Below are positions 10,224 through 20,648 of a stretch of 64,000 nucleotides of DNA, one piece after another; position 1 is the stretch's first letter, and each line of letters opens with the position of its first letter. This stretch comes from a virus. Location of the stretch: the IMG/VR virus record IMGVR_UViG_3300022752_000055, positions 8,127 to 72,126 of that record. One strand, given 5' to 3'. The position numbers and the translations under genes were made by a program. The notes under the pieces were generated by a model. That model was not told the origin of the DNA. It saw only the letters and a list, made by a program, of their open reading frames with translations, and searched no databases.

Positions 10224-11456
10224 TTATAATCCTTGACTAAAGTCAAATTCTGCATTATTTAAATTAATATTTTCTTCCGGTTTTTCTCCTCCGCCTATCT
10301 TTTCAGCTCCGTATACTATTCCGGTTGTATTTACAAGTGATTGTCCTCCTTTACCCAATTTACCACCACCTAAGACTTTTGACACCGTCCTACCTGGTGC
10401 CGAAACCACATTAAAAGCCCCTTTTAATATTTTTCCTATTGAATCAAGAATATTTTTCAGTATCTTACCCAACCCATTTATAATACCACTGAACCAACTA
10501 TAAATTTTTGGTGAATTCTTTGAAAGATATTTACCAACTTCCGCCATTCTACTTGAAGCCCCTGCAGCACCTTTTTGTATGGTTTCTAACATACCTTTAA
10601 AAACCGGTGATGATTTTGCCGCTTTTGATAAACCTTGAGTAGAAGTTCCAAATTGTTTAAATATCCCTGAAATTGTTGCCTTTGAACTTTTTGCCGCCGC
10701 ACCTGCAAAAACAAGACCAATAATATCGATTCCTGTGAAAAGTAATCTCATTATCATATTTTCGTCTTTATTTTCATAATCCCCTGTAGATAATTCATAT
10801 ATATCTAAGGCAACAACAACACCCCATACAACAAATTGAACGCCTTTTCCAATTCCTGTAGCCACTAAAATTGCGTCAAGAATTAATCCAACAGGATGAT
10901 ATAACGCACTTCTTAATTTTCTTGCCAAAAAAAGAGCTCCTTTTTTTAATATATTCAAGACATCAGACCATTCGCCTTTAGATAGTGCATTTTTGAATTT
11001 GTCTAACCCATTCCCAATTGTTTTTACAGTACTTGTAATCCCTGAGTAAGCTTCTTTCCCTTTTTGTTTAGCCCAATTAGTGAAATCCGAAACGCCTGAT
11101 TTAATAGACCCCAAAATATCTTCATTCATAAGAACCATAAATTCTTCCTTCAAAGAATTTGAATTTCCTTCATTAATAACTAAAGAATTTAAACCCGTTC
11201 TAAACTCCTCAACTAAGGTTTCTGGTAAGTTATGGTTTGAATTTAAAGAACTTTCAAAAAATAATTTGAAATTAGATAAGTTTTCCCAAACATTACCCAA
11301 ACATTTTTTTTCTTCTATATCATACAATTCATCTAAAAAAATTGCATATTTTTCATCTAAACTTAACATTTCAACTATGGCAACATTTTTTCTTATAAGG
11401 CCGTGACTTTCTAAAATTAAATTTCTTTCCTTATTACTGATATTAAAATTTTTCAT
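10224..11456 (-). CDS. hypothetical protein with hydrophobic helices and Gly/Lys-rich amphipathic tail
   Basis: MKNFNISNKERNLILESH leader; three hydrophobic segments. Confidence 0.8.
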   Translation of the reverse strand: MKNFNISNKERNLILESHGLIRKNVAIVEMLSLDEKYAIFLDELYDIEEKKCLGNVWENLSNFKLFFESSLNSNHNLPETLVEEFRTGLNSLVINEGNSNSLKEEFMVLMNEDILGSIKSGVSDFTNWAKQKGKEAYSGITSTVKTIGNGLDKFKNALSKGEWSDVLNILKKGALFLARKLRSALYHPVGLILDAILVATGIGKGVQFVVWGVVVALDIYELSTGDYENKDENMIMRLLFTGIDIIGLVFAGAAAKSSKATISGIFKQFGTSTQGLSKAAKSSPVFKGMLETIQKGAAGASSRMAEVGKYLSKNSPKIYSWFSGIINGLGKILKNILDSIGKILKGAFNVVSAPGRTVSKVLGGGKLGKGGQSLVNTTGIVYGAEKIGGGEKPEENINLNNAEFDFSQGL

Positions 11457-11965
11457 TATATTCCGTATTTAAGTTCTTCTTTTGTTTTAACAGTACATAT
11501 TTTATTTTTTTTGTTATTTCCTGTAGAACACCAATCTTTAATTTGACCTGAGATTGTATTGACAACTTTATCCATAAATCCACCTGAAAACCATTCACCT
11601 TCAATTGCATCATAAATTGTTTCTTTACCAATTGTTGGATATGCTTTTAAAACTCCAATAGAATTAGGTAAAGATGTAAAAATTTTTGATGTAACATAAT
11701 CAGTATCTCTTCTTCCTATACCCTCAATAGTTTTATAAAAAGCTGCGCAACTTTTAGGGATATCAATTGTTGGGGTTCCGGGATTAATTGGAATGTTATT
11801 TGGATATTTCATAAATTGTTTTGCAATTTCATTAAAATATTTCATATCCTCATCTTGTTCTTGGATTAAAATTCTATTTTCATTTAAAGTTTTTGATGAG
11901 TCATAATTCATCATTAATTTAATTCTATCTATAGATTCTTCCGGATTATATTTGTCGTGTACCAT
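11456..11965 (-). CDS. hypothetical protein with leader
   Basis: ESIDRIKLMMNYDSSKTLNEN motif, similar to the 8999 gene. Confidence 0.75.
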   Translation of the reverse strand: MVHDKYNPEESIDRIKLMMNYDSSKTLNENRILIQEQDEDMKYFNEIAKQFMKYPNNIPINPGTPTIDIPKSCAAFYKTIEGIGRRDTDYVTSKIFTSLPNSIGVLKAYPTIGKETIYDAIEGEWFSGGFMDKVVNTISGQIKDWCSTGNNKKNKICTVKTKEELKYGI

Positions 11966-11998
11966 ATTAAATTATTTTTATTTATAAATATACTATAA

Positions 11999-12235
11999 TT
12001 ACCAAATCGTATTTGCAACACCTCTTTTTATTCCTGTGTCCCACTTCTCTCCTTTTAATCCCAACATATTCGCCGGTCCTCTTGCGGGTCCTCCCACAGT
12101 ACCAGCCCATGTTGGCATTGCCTTTCCACTACCTCCACCTGCAGGTGCGGTGTCTTGTTCGGTAAATTCTTCTTTATCTACTGACTTTGCATTTTTTTTA
12201 TAAAAACTAATTAAGTCGTCAACATTTAAATTCAT
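11999..12235 (-). CDS. small Gly-rich protein
   Basis: Two W....RG.AN repeats; TATTTAT upstream. Confidence 0.65.
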   Translation of the reverse strand: MNLNVDDLISFYKKNAKSVDKEEFTEQDTAPAGGGSGKAMPTWAGTVGGPARGPANMLGLKGEKWDTGIKRGVANTIW

Positions 12236-12283
12236 AATTAATAAATATTTTTGTTTTTGGAAAAAAATCAATATCTTTGAGTT

Positions 12284-12802
12284 ATGAAAAATATAATTTT
12301 TATTTTGGTATTTTTATTAGTATCTTGTAGAACGTATGTTATGGAACGTTCGGACTTAACGTTAAGTGGTAAGTATGTTGTGAGTAAACTTGAGGTAACG
12401 AGTGTAGACCAAAACACCACAAAAGATTCAATATATTCAATAGGTTCTGTATATGTAAACAATAACTACGGACATCCATTTGATTCAATATCAATCAATA
12501 GATTTTACATTCATTTTGATTATTCGGTTGTCGCATTTAATATGTTAGGTGTAACTCAATTCGGTCAAGATATTTGGGAATATAAAAATATATTCTACAA
12601 TGTTTGGTTTAATAACTCATTTTATTATGGAACTTTAGAATTTACGTATATAACAAGAAATGGTGAAACAAGGAGAATGATATTTTCTATTGAAGACGAT
12701 GGATTTGAAAGTCTTCAATTGAAAAGTTCCGGATTTTGGCCGTATGGTGATTTAGGTGAGAAACAAGTTATGACTCTTTATTTAACAAGAGTTGGTCCTT
12801 AA
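12284..12802 (+). CDS. lipoprotein
   Basis: MKNIIFILVFLLVS-C lipobox; TATCTTTG at 12272. Confidence 0.8.
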   Translation: MKNIIFILVFLLVSCRTYVMERSDLTLSGKYVVSKLEVTSVDQNTTKDSIYSIGSVYVNNNYGHPFDSISINRFYIHFDYSVVAFNMLGVTQFGQDIWEYKNIFYNVWFNNSFYYGTLEFTYITRNGETRRMIFSIEDDGFESLQLKSSGFWPYGDLGEKQVMTLYLTRVGP

Positions 12803-13104
12803 AGAATTTCTTTTTTTGGTAAAGAGTTTGGATTTACGGTATAATATTCATTTAGAAATGACATTAATTCTTCATCATCTAATTCAATATCTTCATTAAT
12901 TTCATATTCGTCATCGTCATCATCTTCATCATTAAAAAAATCTAATGATTCAACCACAATATCATAACCATATTCTAATACTAACGAATAATCAATTCTG
13001 TCCGTTCGACTTTCGTCTTCATCGTCTTCAATTGTTTTAAATGTAACATCTAAAATATTTTTTTCTAAATCTAGATAATGATTTATAATTTCTTTAATTT
13101 CCAT
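12799..13104 (-). CDS. acidic hypothetical protein
   Basis: ORF with D/E-rich tract. Confidence 0.7.
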   Translation of the reverse strand: MEIKEIINHYLDLEKNILDVTFKTIEDDEDESRTDRIDYSLVLEYGYDIVVESLDFFNDEDDDDDEYEINEDIELDDEELMSFLNEYYTVNPNSLPKKEIL

Positions 13105-13188
13105 AACACATCTTTAATAAACAAATATCATTTAAAATTAAAAAATCCACATTTAGTGGATTATTTTAATAAATTTATGTAAAAAATT

Positions 13189-13920
13189 TTAATTGTATTT
13201 GTTTAATCTATCAAACATTTCATTTATTTTATTTTTTTGTTCGATGAATGATTCAACTATATCTTCATCTACTATCTCTTCCCATTCAATATCTTCAACA
13301 TCTCCAACGTTTCTATCCATTCTACTAAATGCAGTATCTTTTTCTCCGTAATCTTCCAAATCATCAAATTCATCACCATAATCGGTAAAATCATCGTAAT
13401 CGTTTGTATCATAAAAACCTTCAGTCATGTCTTCTTCTTGCATTGGTCCGTCAGATACAAAATCATATGCCGGTTCCGCGTGTGAGTATAATGGTCCGTC
13501 AATTTCCTCATCAATCTCATCGTTAAATGCGGATTCCATTTTTTCGTAATCTTTATCGTCATCTTCATCCATTGCCACCGCCAAATTTGGGTCGCCATCC
13601 GCACTTACAGCCAATGCTAAATCTTCATCGTTATATTCATCTTCCTCATCAATTTCTTCCGTATAATCGAATTCACCGGTAAAAGTGTCCTGAACGTCAT
13701 CAAGTCCTTCGTTAATACCAAAATTTGTATATGGTTTAACGTTTCCTTTGTTTGTTACAACAAATCCTTCTTTATCGTTTGCAAAATCTTGAACGTATAA
13801 GTCCTGAGTATTTGATACTGGTTGGTAAACTTGTTTATAACCGTTATATAATTCTCTGTGTTTATCTAAAATATTAGATTTTTCTTTATTTGATAATTGT
13901 CCTAATGAATAAAAGTTCAT
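13189..13920 (-). CDS. highly acidic protein, possibly scaffold or core
   Basis: LSNKEKSNILDKH leader, D/E-rich middle, INEMFDRL end. Confidence 0.75.
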   Translation of the reverse strand: MNFYSLGQLSNKEKSNILDKHRELYNGYKQVYQPVSNTQDLYVQDFANDKEGFVVTNKGNVKPYTNFGINEGLDDVQDTFTGEFDYTEEIDEEDEYNDEDLALAVSADGDPNLAVAMDEDDDKDYEKMESAFNDEIDEEIDGPLYSHAEPAYDFVSDGPMQEEDMTEGFYDTNDYDDFTDYGDEFDDLEDYGEKDTAFSRMDRNVGDVEDIEWEEIVDEDIVESFIEQKNKINEMFDRLNKYN

Positions 13921-14011
13921 AATAATGATTTTATTATAAATATGCAACATTTTTTGTTTTTTGTTTGATAAGTAATTAAATAATGACTACCTTTAAAAAA
14001 AATAACAAATT

Positions 14012-14230
14012 ATGCAAACACTTATCTTTGACAGCACACTAAAAACAGTTAAACTCTATGAAGGAGAACCGGAAAACAGTAAAATTTTAATTACTTTTGA
14101 TGACGTACCTACGGTAAAATCATCTCAGGAAGGATTTTATGAGGTATATCAGCGACCTACGGAATATGCAAACTCAATACCTGTGGCAAGATTCCCAATT
14201 GCCAATACAAACATGTATATTAAAAAGTAA
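14012..14230 (+). CDS. hypothetical protein
   Basis: 72-aa ORF coupled to the next gene. Confidence 0.7.
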   Translation: MQTLIFDSTLKTVKLYEGEPENSKILITFDDVPTVKSSQEGFYEVYQRPTEYANSIPVARFPIANTNMYIKK

Positions 14231-14412
14231 TGCCGAACTTTGAAAAAATATTGAATGAGAATATCTCTCACGGTATGATTCTTGACAGAGATGGGATTCT
14301 AAAAGCGCTAAAAATTTCTTATGAAATTGGTAAAGTGGAGATTTTAGAATCCCTCCTTTCTTTTGATATATCGGCAGAATTAAAAGAAAAAATTATTAAG
14401 GAATTATATTAA
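14230..14412 (+). CDS. hypothetical protein
   Basis: TAATG overlap with the upstream gene. Confidence 0.6.
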   Translation: MPNFEKILNENISHGMILDRDGILKALKISYEIGKVEILESLLSFDISAELKEKIIKELY

Positions 14413-14996
14413 ACAAAATTTCCGTAAAATTCCCACATTTTAGCCCCTAATCTCCTAATATAACTATTAATATTTTCAATTGAAAGTTCTTTTCCGTTAT
14501 CTTGCAAATACTCCATTGTCCCTCTAATCATCATATGTTTAACCTCTTCGGCCATATCCAAAACTTCTTGGAATGCTTCCTCATTAGGTGGATTTTCTCC
14601 GTAGTATCTATCAATGTGGTCTTTACCGGAATAAAGTAATGGTGACGCAGCGAACATATTAATGATTCCGCTTTCCCTAACTTTAATAAGAAATTTTCTT
14701 ATTTTATTATATTTAAAATATTTTAATAAATCCCCATTATTTTCAAACCATTCTTCGGCAGATTCATCAATTGATTTTTTTTTCGCAAATTTCCAAACAT
14801 CATATTTTGATAAAATGTTTAATTTACTTCCATCATCCCAGTTAACCCCAATAATTTTATTTTCATTATCAAATGGGTCTATTGTAATGTCAGTTACAAC
14901 TCCTTGCATTCCTGAGTCAATACCATGCTTGTCTTCCATATGATATAGAATTATTCTATCACCAATATTTAATTCCGGATTTTTTGTATTTTTCAT
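14409..14996 (-). CDS. DUF4314-like plus DUF5049-like fusion
   Basis: GDRI.L..MED..G.V..I..V.WDDGS.L and VRESG..NMF motifs (recalled, unverified). Confidence 0.6.
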   Translation of the reverse strand: MKNTKNPELNIGDRIILYHMEDKHGIDSGMQGVVTDITIDPFDNENKIIGVNWDDGSKLNILSKYDVWKFAKKKSIDESAEEWFENNGDLLKYFKYNKIRKFLIKVRESGIINMFAASPLLYSGKDHIDRYYGENPPNEEAFQEVLDMAEEVKHMMIRGTMEYLQDNGKELSIENINSYIRRLGAKMWEFYGNFV

Positions 14997-15029
14997 AACA
15001 ATAAATATTATAATTATATTTATATAAAT

Positions 15030-15650
15030 ATGAACTTTTTAATAACAGAATCACAATTAAAATTTTTAGTTGAAGGAATTGGAAATCCAAGGGTTGTTGA
15101 ATCTTTGAGAAAGATGAATTCATTCACAAACAGAATGGTTAATAAGGTTGGAAAAAAATACGGACTTAACTTAAGATTATTATCTACATGGGGTCCGGCG
15201 GTTGGGGGACTTGTTATGCCACTTGATAATTTTATTAAAACCGGCGATTTTACATTAGATGAGAATCAAACGGCATTGATTTTATGTGGCACCGCGGCAA
15301 CTTTATTTTTTGATAATAAACCTTTAATTAAGGAATTGATTTTAAAAATTAAAGAAGAGGGGATTGAGGAGTCGTTTAAAAAAGTATTACGTAAAGGTAA
15401 GGATTTAAAATATGCGTTTACAACATTTATTGAATCTTTAAATGTTACAATCAATAGTGCTTCCGAGATATTATCTTATGCATTTTTATTACCAATTATT
15501 CCGGATATTCAAGGAGTAATTTCAAGAAGTGCGGATATTGGTAAGACGGCAATTTTAATTGGTGAAAGAATGGGTGCCTCAGGTTTGATTTTGATTAGTT
15601 CAGCGGCACTTATATCATTATTAAACAAGATATTAAAAAGATTATCTTAA
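15030..15650 (+). CDS. hypothetical protein with leader
   Basis: MNFLITESQL leader; hydrophobic C-terminus. Confidence 0.8.
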   Translation: MNFLITESQLKFLVEGIGNPRVVESLRKMNSFTNRMVNKVGKKYGLNLRLLSTWGPAVGGLVMPLDNFIKTGDFTLDENQTALILCGTAATLFFDNKPLIKELILKIKEEGIEESFKKVLRKGKDLKYAFTTFIESLNVTINSASEILSYAFLLPIIPDIQGVISRSADIGKTAILIGERMGASGLILISSAALISLLNKILKRLS

Positions 15651-16085
15651 TCTCCTGTATCTGTAATTTTCATCCATAGTTTCTTCTTCAGGGTATAAAT
15701 TTACAAGTTTATTACAAAAAACCGGATAGTCCTGTCCCCAATATTCTAGAAAATTTTCTAAAACTACATCAATATCATTACATAATCTCAAATAAAAAGT
15801 GGATTGGTTAATTGAACTTGGATTGTTAATGACTTTTTCACCGGGTATTATATTTTTCATAACTTTATCAGTATCCTCATCTCCCGATGGAACTATATAT
15901 ATTGTATACATAAGGTATTTTATATATTGTCCCATTCTTATTAACTCCCTAAAATCTGTTAATTCAACTTTTATTGTTATTGGATAAAAATTATCAATCA
16001 AAGGATAATTAACACTAAATGTGTGGGTTTTAAGAAATCTATTAACTCTTGCCAATAATTTATCTTGCGAAAATTCATTTTCCAT
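15642..16085 (-). CDS. hypothetical protein
   Basis: 147-aa ORF; TATTTAT upstream. Confidence 0.75.
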   Translation of the reverse strand: MENEFSQDKLLARVNRFLKTHTFSVNYPLIDNFYPITIKVELTDFRELIRMGQYIKYLMYTIYIVPSGDEDTDKVMKNIIPGEKVINNPSSINQSTFYLRLCNDIDVVLENFLEYWGQDYPVFCNKLVNLYPEEETMDENYRYRRLR

Positions 16086-16169
16086 ATCACTATAAATACT
16101 AAAAAAAATAATAAGTGATTTGGTTGATTGAAACTTTTAATTTTCTTATTTTTTTAAAAAACATATTGT

Positions 16170-17246
16170 ATGCCAAGAATAGATGATTTAAAAAAACAAC
16201 ACCCCCAATTTAACATAACTTATTTAGATGTTATTAAGAGATTAGACATTTCAAAAACAGGTAAATATTCACCTGTAATATCACATATGATTAATGAAAT
16301 CATAGGAAAAAGAATTACACATAAAAACGAGATTGATTCGGTAAAATCAAGATGTGATGAGTATGGTTTTGATTATAAAGGATTGAATGATTATGAACTA
16401 GCAACTTCATACACAATATTAGATTATATTATTGGTAAAGATTGGGAGACTATGAGAGAATTTATGGATTATATGGAGAGAGGTGTTATTGAAAATAAAG
16501 ATGTCTTAACATATAAGAATATGGAAGATATTAGAGGTGCCGTATCAACCGCAACTTTAAAATTGTATTCAAAAGAACTTGAATCGCAAGTTCATAAAGA
16601 ATTTGAAGATGATACTTGGGTTGCGGTTAGACCACTTTCATTTGACGCATCATCAAGATATGGTTCATCTACCAAATGGTGCACCACATACAAAAAAGAG
16701 AAAGAATATTTTGCAAAATATTTTTCAAGAGGGGTTTTGGTTTATTTTATCAATAAAATTACGGGTTATAAGTTCGCATTATTTAGCGAAGTTTATGAAT
16801 TAAATAACGATATTTCGTTTTGGAATGCTGAAGATACAAGAGTTGATTTTTTACAATTAGATATTGAACCATATCTTTTACCAATTATTAAAAACTTGGC
16901 AATGTCTAAAATTAAAAATAGTGATATGTTAAAATATGATGAGTTGGAAAAGGTTTATAATGATTGTGATTATCGTCGTAGTGTACCATTGTCGGCGGTT
17001 GAGAATCCCCCTCAACAAGACGAAGCTGAAGTCGCTCCACCACTTATGGCTTACACAGGAGATGTGGTTAATCTTACGATGGAGAGCGTATATGTGAATC
17101 CTAGTGTAAGACGGGGTTTGAGTTTAGTTACCAATGAATCCGGGGAAGATGAATTAGTTGCGGGTGATTATATTATGTATGAAAATCCCCCTCATACCGA
17201 TATGTTAGATGAAAGTGATTACATCGTCTCTCTAACAAGAGGATAA
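16170..17246 (+). CDS. hypothetical protein with PLS..AS.RYG..TKWCTT domain
   Basis: Shares its domain with 234..1697. Confidence 0.85.
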   Translation: MPRIDDLKKQHPQFNITYLDVIKRLDISKTGKYSPVISHMINEIIGKRITHKNEIDSVKSRCDEYGFDYKGLNDYELATSYTILDYIIGKDWETMREFMDYMERGVIENKDVLTYKNMEDIRGAVSTATLKLYSKELESQVHKEFEDDTWVAVRPLSFDASSRYGSSTKWCTTYKKEKEYFAKYFSRGVLVYFINKITGYKFALFSEVYELNNDISFWNAEDTRVDFLQLDIEPYLLPIIKNLAMSKIKNSDMLKYDELEKVYNDCDYRRSVPLSAVENPPQQDEAEVAPPLMAYTGDVVNLTMESVYVNPSVRRGLSLVTNESGEDELVAGDYIMYENPPHTDMLDESDYIVSLTRG

Positions 17247-17275
17247 GTTTCAACTTTACCGGATATTTATTTGAT

Positions 17276-18043
17276 ATGCAAAATCTGCAAGAATTATACG
17301 ACAAATACCAAGTAACGGAAAAAAACATATCAACAGGTAATTTATCCCGACTTGAAAAAACAATAACTGAATTAGATAAGTTAGATAAGGTGTTATTATT
17401 AGCCTGCTCCAACAGATATAATTGGGATAAGGATGATGTTGATATACCAAAATCAACAATTATTGCAATGATAATTCAGGAAGCTCTTGGAGATAAGGCA
17501 ACTCTAATTGATGTTCCTGAATTAACCATTCATCCTTGCGAAGGTAATGTTTCAAGAAAAGATGGAAACTCCTGTGGTTTGAAAAAAGCACTACTTAAAG
17601 ACGATAAAAAAAATCCATCAGGACTTCATAGATGTTGGGCTAGTCTTAACAATAATGATGACGAACTTTGGAGAATCTCAAAAGAATTGTTTGAATCAAA
17701 CGCGGTTATATTTTTTACTTCCGTAAGATGGGGACAAGCAAGTATGTTCTACCAAAAACTTATTGAGAGATTAACTTGGTTGGAAAATAGACACGCAACT
17801 CTTGGTGAATCAAATGTGATTAAAGATATTGAAAGTGGTTTTATTTGCACCGGACAGAACTGGCACGGGTTAGATGTTGTTGAGACTCAAAGAAAAGTTC
17901 ATTCTTTTTATGGTTTCAAACCTAACGATAAGTTTTATTGGAATTGGCAATACACAAATAAGAGCACTGATGAAACTCAAACATCTTATAAAGATTCGTT
18001 TGGGGCTTTCGCCAAAAAGTTTGGATTAGATAAGTTATATTAA
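17276..18043 (+). CDS. flavodoxin-fold NADPH-dependent FMN reductase / iron-sulfur flavoprotein family
   Basis: IHPCEG..C..C Cys pattern; AVIFFTSVRWG..YQKLIERL. Confidence 0.7.
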   Translation: MQNLQELYDKYQVTEKNISTGNLSRLEKTITELDKLDKVLLLACSNRYNWDKDDVDIPKSTIIAMIIQEALGDKATLIDVPELTIHPCEGNVSRKDGNSCGLKKALLKDDKKNPSGLHRCWASLNNNDDELWRISKELFESNAVIFFTSVRWGQASMFYQKLIERLTWLENRHATLGESNVIKDIESGFICTGQNWHGLDVVETQRKVHSFYGFKPNDKFYWNWQYTNKSTDETQTSYKDSFGAFAKKFGLDKLY

Positions 18044-18075
18044 GCCAATCAATATTTTTTATGAATTTGTTTGGC

Positions 18076-18372
18076 TTAATATAGAGGTCTTTTGTTCCAT
18101 TGAATACTAATAAGTTTACGAACACCTAACATTTTTAAAAAATCTTTCACATCACCATTAATTTTTTTAACATAGTAACTATTAGGTAAATCTGGATTAA
18201 TATCCAAAAATACATTTAATTCTTCCGGTAAATTTTCTTTTGGTTTTATATCATAAATTGATATCGTTATTGGTTCATAATCTTCTTGTGATGCAAATTC
18301 TTTATTCACACTTGGGGTTACCATAGTATCCAAATATATTCTCAAAAATTTTTTTAATTTACTAATTTCCAT
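18076..18372 (-). CDS. hypothetical protein
   Basis: ORF downstream of the 18375 gene. Confidence 0.7.
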   Translation of the reverse strand: MEISKLKKFLRIYLDTMVTPSVNKEFASQEDYEPITISIYDIKPKENLPEELNVFLDINPDLPNSYYVKKINGDVKDFLKMLGVRKLISIQWNKRPLY

Positions 18373-18374
18373 AA

Positions 18375-18767
18375 TTACCAAGTTCTACACGCCCAATACC
18401 TTGCCTTCCAACGAGGCCCCGGATTTTCGCAGTTATGTCTCGCTCTAAATGACTTTCTTCTTGCAGGATTGTTCTTTTTAATAGTCATTCTTTTTCCGTG
18501 TGCTGATTTACCACCAAACCCGAAATTAACTTTAACAACATTTCCTTTGTCGTTTTTAACATACACCTTGAATTTTTTTATATCTCCCTGCATAATCTTA
18601 CCCAACTGAACTTTTCTTCCTTTATATTCTGCTTCATTCAAACTATTATCGTCTGCAATAAAATCAGTCATTTCGGTTGAGCCATATTCATCTTCATAGA
18701 TTATATTAATTTGTGAAACATAATATTCATTCAATATATCCTTAATAATAAAATTTAAATTTCCCAT
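18375..18767 (-). CDS. conserved phage protein (DUF6321-like)
   Basis: VVKVNFG..RRKSFRARHNC..KARYWAC motif. Confidence 0.7.
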   Translation of the reverse strand: MGNLNFIIKDILNEYYVSQINIIYEDEYGSTEMTDFIADDNSLNEAEYKGRKVQLGKIMQGDIKKFKVYVKNDKGNVVKVNFGFGGKSAHGKRMTIKKNNPARRKSFRARHNCENPGPRWKARYWACRTW

Positions 18768-18807
18768 GTGTTGGATTTTATAAATAAATACTCCTATATT
18801 TCACAAT

Positions 18808-19005
18808 ATGAAATTATTTTTTACCTTTTTGGTTCTAGTTAGTAAAATTTACTTGGGAGCAAGAATCCTATGGTGGGTTTTTTTAAAATTCACTTCACCT
18901 GAATTACATAGTTTTAGTGAAATTGAAGCATACGTCGTTCTTTTAATTTTCGATATGTGGATTGGAGGACAGAATGTTGAAATTGAAAAAGTAAAGGAAC
19001 CTTAA
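18808..19005 (+). CDS. small membrane protein (holin candidate)
   Basis: Two hydrophobic segments; directly upstream of the endolysin. Confidence 0.5.
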   Translation: MKLFFTFLVLVSKIYLGARILWWVFLKFTSPELHSFSEIEAYVVLLIFDMWIGGQNVEIEKVKEP

Positions 19006-19063
19006 ATTTAATTATTATTCATTTTAAGTATTTATTGTTAAATAAACACAAAAATATTTAACA

Positions 19064-19873
19064 ATGTTATTAAAAAATGGTTCAAAAGGAGATGACGTTA
19101 AAAAACTCCAACAAAAATTAGGTCTAACTGCTGATGGTAGTTTTGGTCCTGGCACAGAAGGTGCCGTTAAAAAATGGCAAACAGAAAATGGTTTAACTGC
19201 TGACGGAATCGTTGGTGATGGAACTTGGAACAAAATGTTTGGTTCTGTAATTAAAGAAGATGTTGTAATCCCAACCGGAGGTTCTTTAAAAATTGAAAAA
19301 TTAAAAGGACATATCCCGGATTCGGTAATTGCAATGATTCCTGAAACCGCTGCAAAATTTGGAATAGATACTCCGTTGAAATTGGCACATTTTTTAGCAC
19401 AATGCGGTCACGAATCGGGAGGATTTAAAATCACCAAAGAGAATTTAAACTATTCTGTTGACGGATTAAAAAAAGTGTTTCCAAAGTATTTTCCCGGTAA
19501 TCTTGCAGAATCATACGCAAAGAAACCGGAAAAAATCGCAAACAAAGTTTATGGTAACAGAATGAAAAATGGTGATGAAGCATCGGGTGATGGATGGAAA
19601 TTTCACGGCCGTGGGTTCATACAATTGACCGGTAATGAAAATTATCAAGCGTTTGGTAAATCAATCAACGAAGACATTACTTCAAATCCTGACTTGGTTG
19701 CAACAAAATATCCATTATTATCTGCCGCTTGGTTCTTTACAAGATGTTTACCAAAATGTGTTGACTCATCGGTCGCATCAGTAAAAGCCGTTACAAGATG
19801 TGTTAATGGTGGTGAAATTGGGTTGGACGATAGAATTAAACATTTTAACGAGTATTATAAATTACTATCGTAA
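19064..19873 (+). CDS. endolysin: PG-binding domain plus GH19 catalytic domain
   Basis: ADG.FG..T..AVK.WQ repeats; AHFLAQCGHES; GRGFIQLTG..NY. Confidence 0.9.
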   Translation: MLLKNGSKGDDVKKLQQKLGLTADGSFGPGTEGAVKKWQTENGLTADGIVGDGTWNKMFGSVIKEDVVIPTGGSLKIEKLKGHIPDSVIAMIPETAAKFGIDTPLKLAHFLAQCGHESGGFKITKENLNYSVDGLKKVFPKYFPGNLAESYAKKPEKIANKVYGNRMKNGDEASGDGWKFHGRGFIQLTGNENYQAFGKSINEDITSNPDLVATKYPLLSAAWFFTRCLPKCVDSSVASVKAVTRCVNGGEIGLDDRIKHFNEYYKLLS

Positions 19874-19893
19874 TAAAAAATTAAATTACTTTA

Positions 19894-19930
19894 AAAGACC
19901 CACAAAATACTTTGATGGGTCTTTTTTTTT
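19894..19930 (+). terminator. intrinsic terminator
   Basis: AAAAGACCCA...TGGGTCTTTT followed by a T run. Confidence 0.6.
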
Positions 19931-19956
19931 AACTATCTTTATAAAAAAGAAAAATT

Positions 19957-20469
19957 ATGAGGAACTTTATCACATTTTTAAAAAACATATGGGCGTTTCG
20001 TAAATCACTTTGGAAATTTAGATGGTGGGATTATCATTTCACATTAGATATGATGAAAACTTCTCTAAAAATAATGTCCGACACCCTTGAAACGAAAGGT
20101 ATTGAGGTTGATAGACCAAGATTGAAAAAAGTTGCCAAAATGAGAAGAGCAATTGAGATTATGAATAATCTTGAAGGAATTCAACATATAGAAACGGCGG
20201 AAAAAGAACTTGGCGAATTATTTAACGAACCATTTGAATTTAAAGATTCTGAGACTCATCACGGCTCGTATGAGTTAGTTGATAGACTTACTCCCGAACA
20301 AAAAGAACATAATACAAAAGTATATGCAAGAGCGAATGAAATAGAGGAACAAGAATGGGCGGAACTTTGGGAAATATTTAAAGGACAAGATAATGCCAAG
20401 TATAGTCCTTTTATTGGTGAATGGGATGATTGGTTTGATGGAACCGGAATGAGGTCTTGGTGGGATTAA
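19957..20469 (+). CDS. hypothetical protein
   Basis: 170-aa ORF ending in DG.GMRSWWD. Confidence 0.8.
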   Translation: MRNFITFLKNIWAFRKSLWKFRWWDYHFTLDMMKTSLKIMSDTLETKGIEVDRPRLKKVAKMRRAIEIMNNLEGIQHIETAEKELGELFNEPFEFKDSETHHGSYELVDRLTPEQKEHNTKVYARANEIEEQEWAELWEIFKGQDNAKYSPFIGEWDDWFDGTGMRSWWD

Positions 20470-20489
20470 AAATTAAATAAATTTATAAT

Positions 20490-20648
20490 ATGTGGAAAGT
20501 ATATTTAACAATGTTTGTAATTACGGGAATTATTTCTTACCTTTGGGTCAGAGGAATTGATAATATGAAAAAAAACAACCCCGATTATAAGGGTGATGAC
20601 TTTTTAAAATTAGAAAATGATGAAGACGACAAAAATAACATTTATTAG
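20490..20648 (+). CDS. 52-aa membrane peptide (missed by the ORF track)
   Basis: MWKVYLTMFVITGIISYLWVRGIDNMKKNNPDYKGDDFL... Confidence 0.6.
   Translation: MWKVYLTMFVITGIISYLWVRGIDNMKKNNPDYKGDDFLKLENDEDDKNNIY

Noticed and set aside
7148-11406. Plus-strand ORFs 7148, 8498, 9312 and 11080 (and similar antisense ORFs elsewhere)
   Set aside because: They are antisense shadows of better-supported minus-strand genes, with S/F/L-rich composition.
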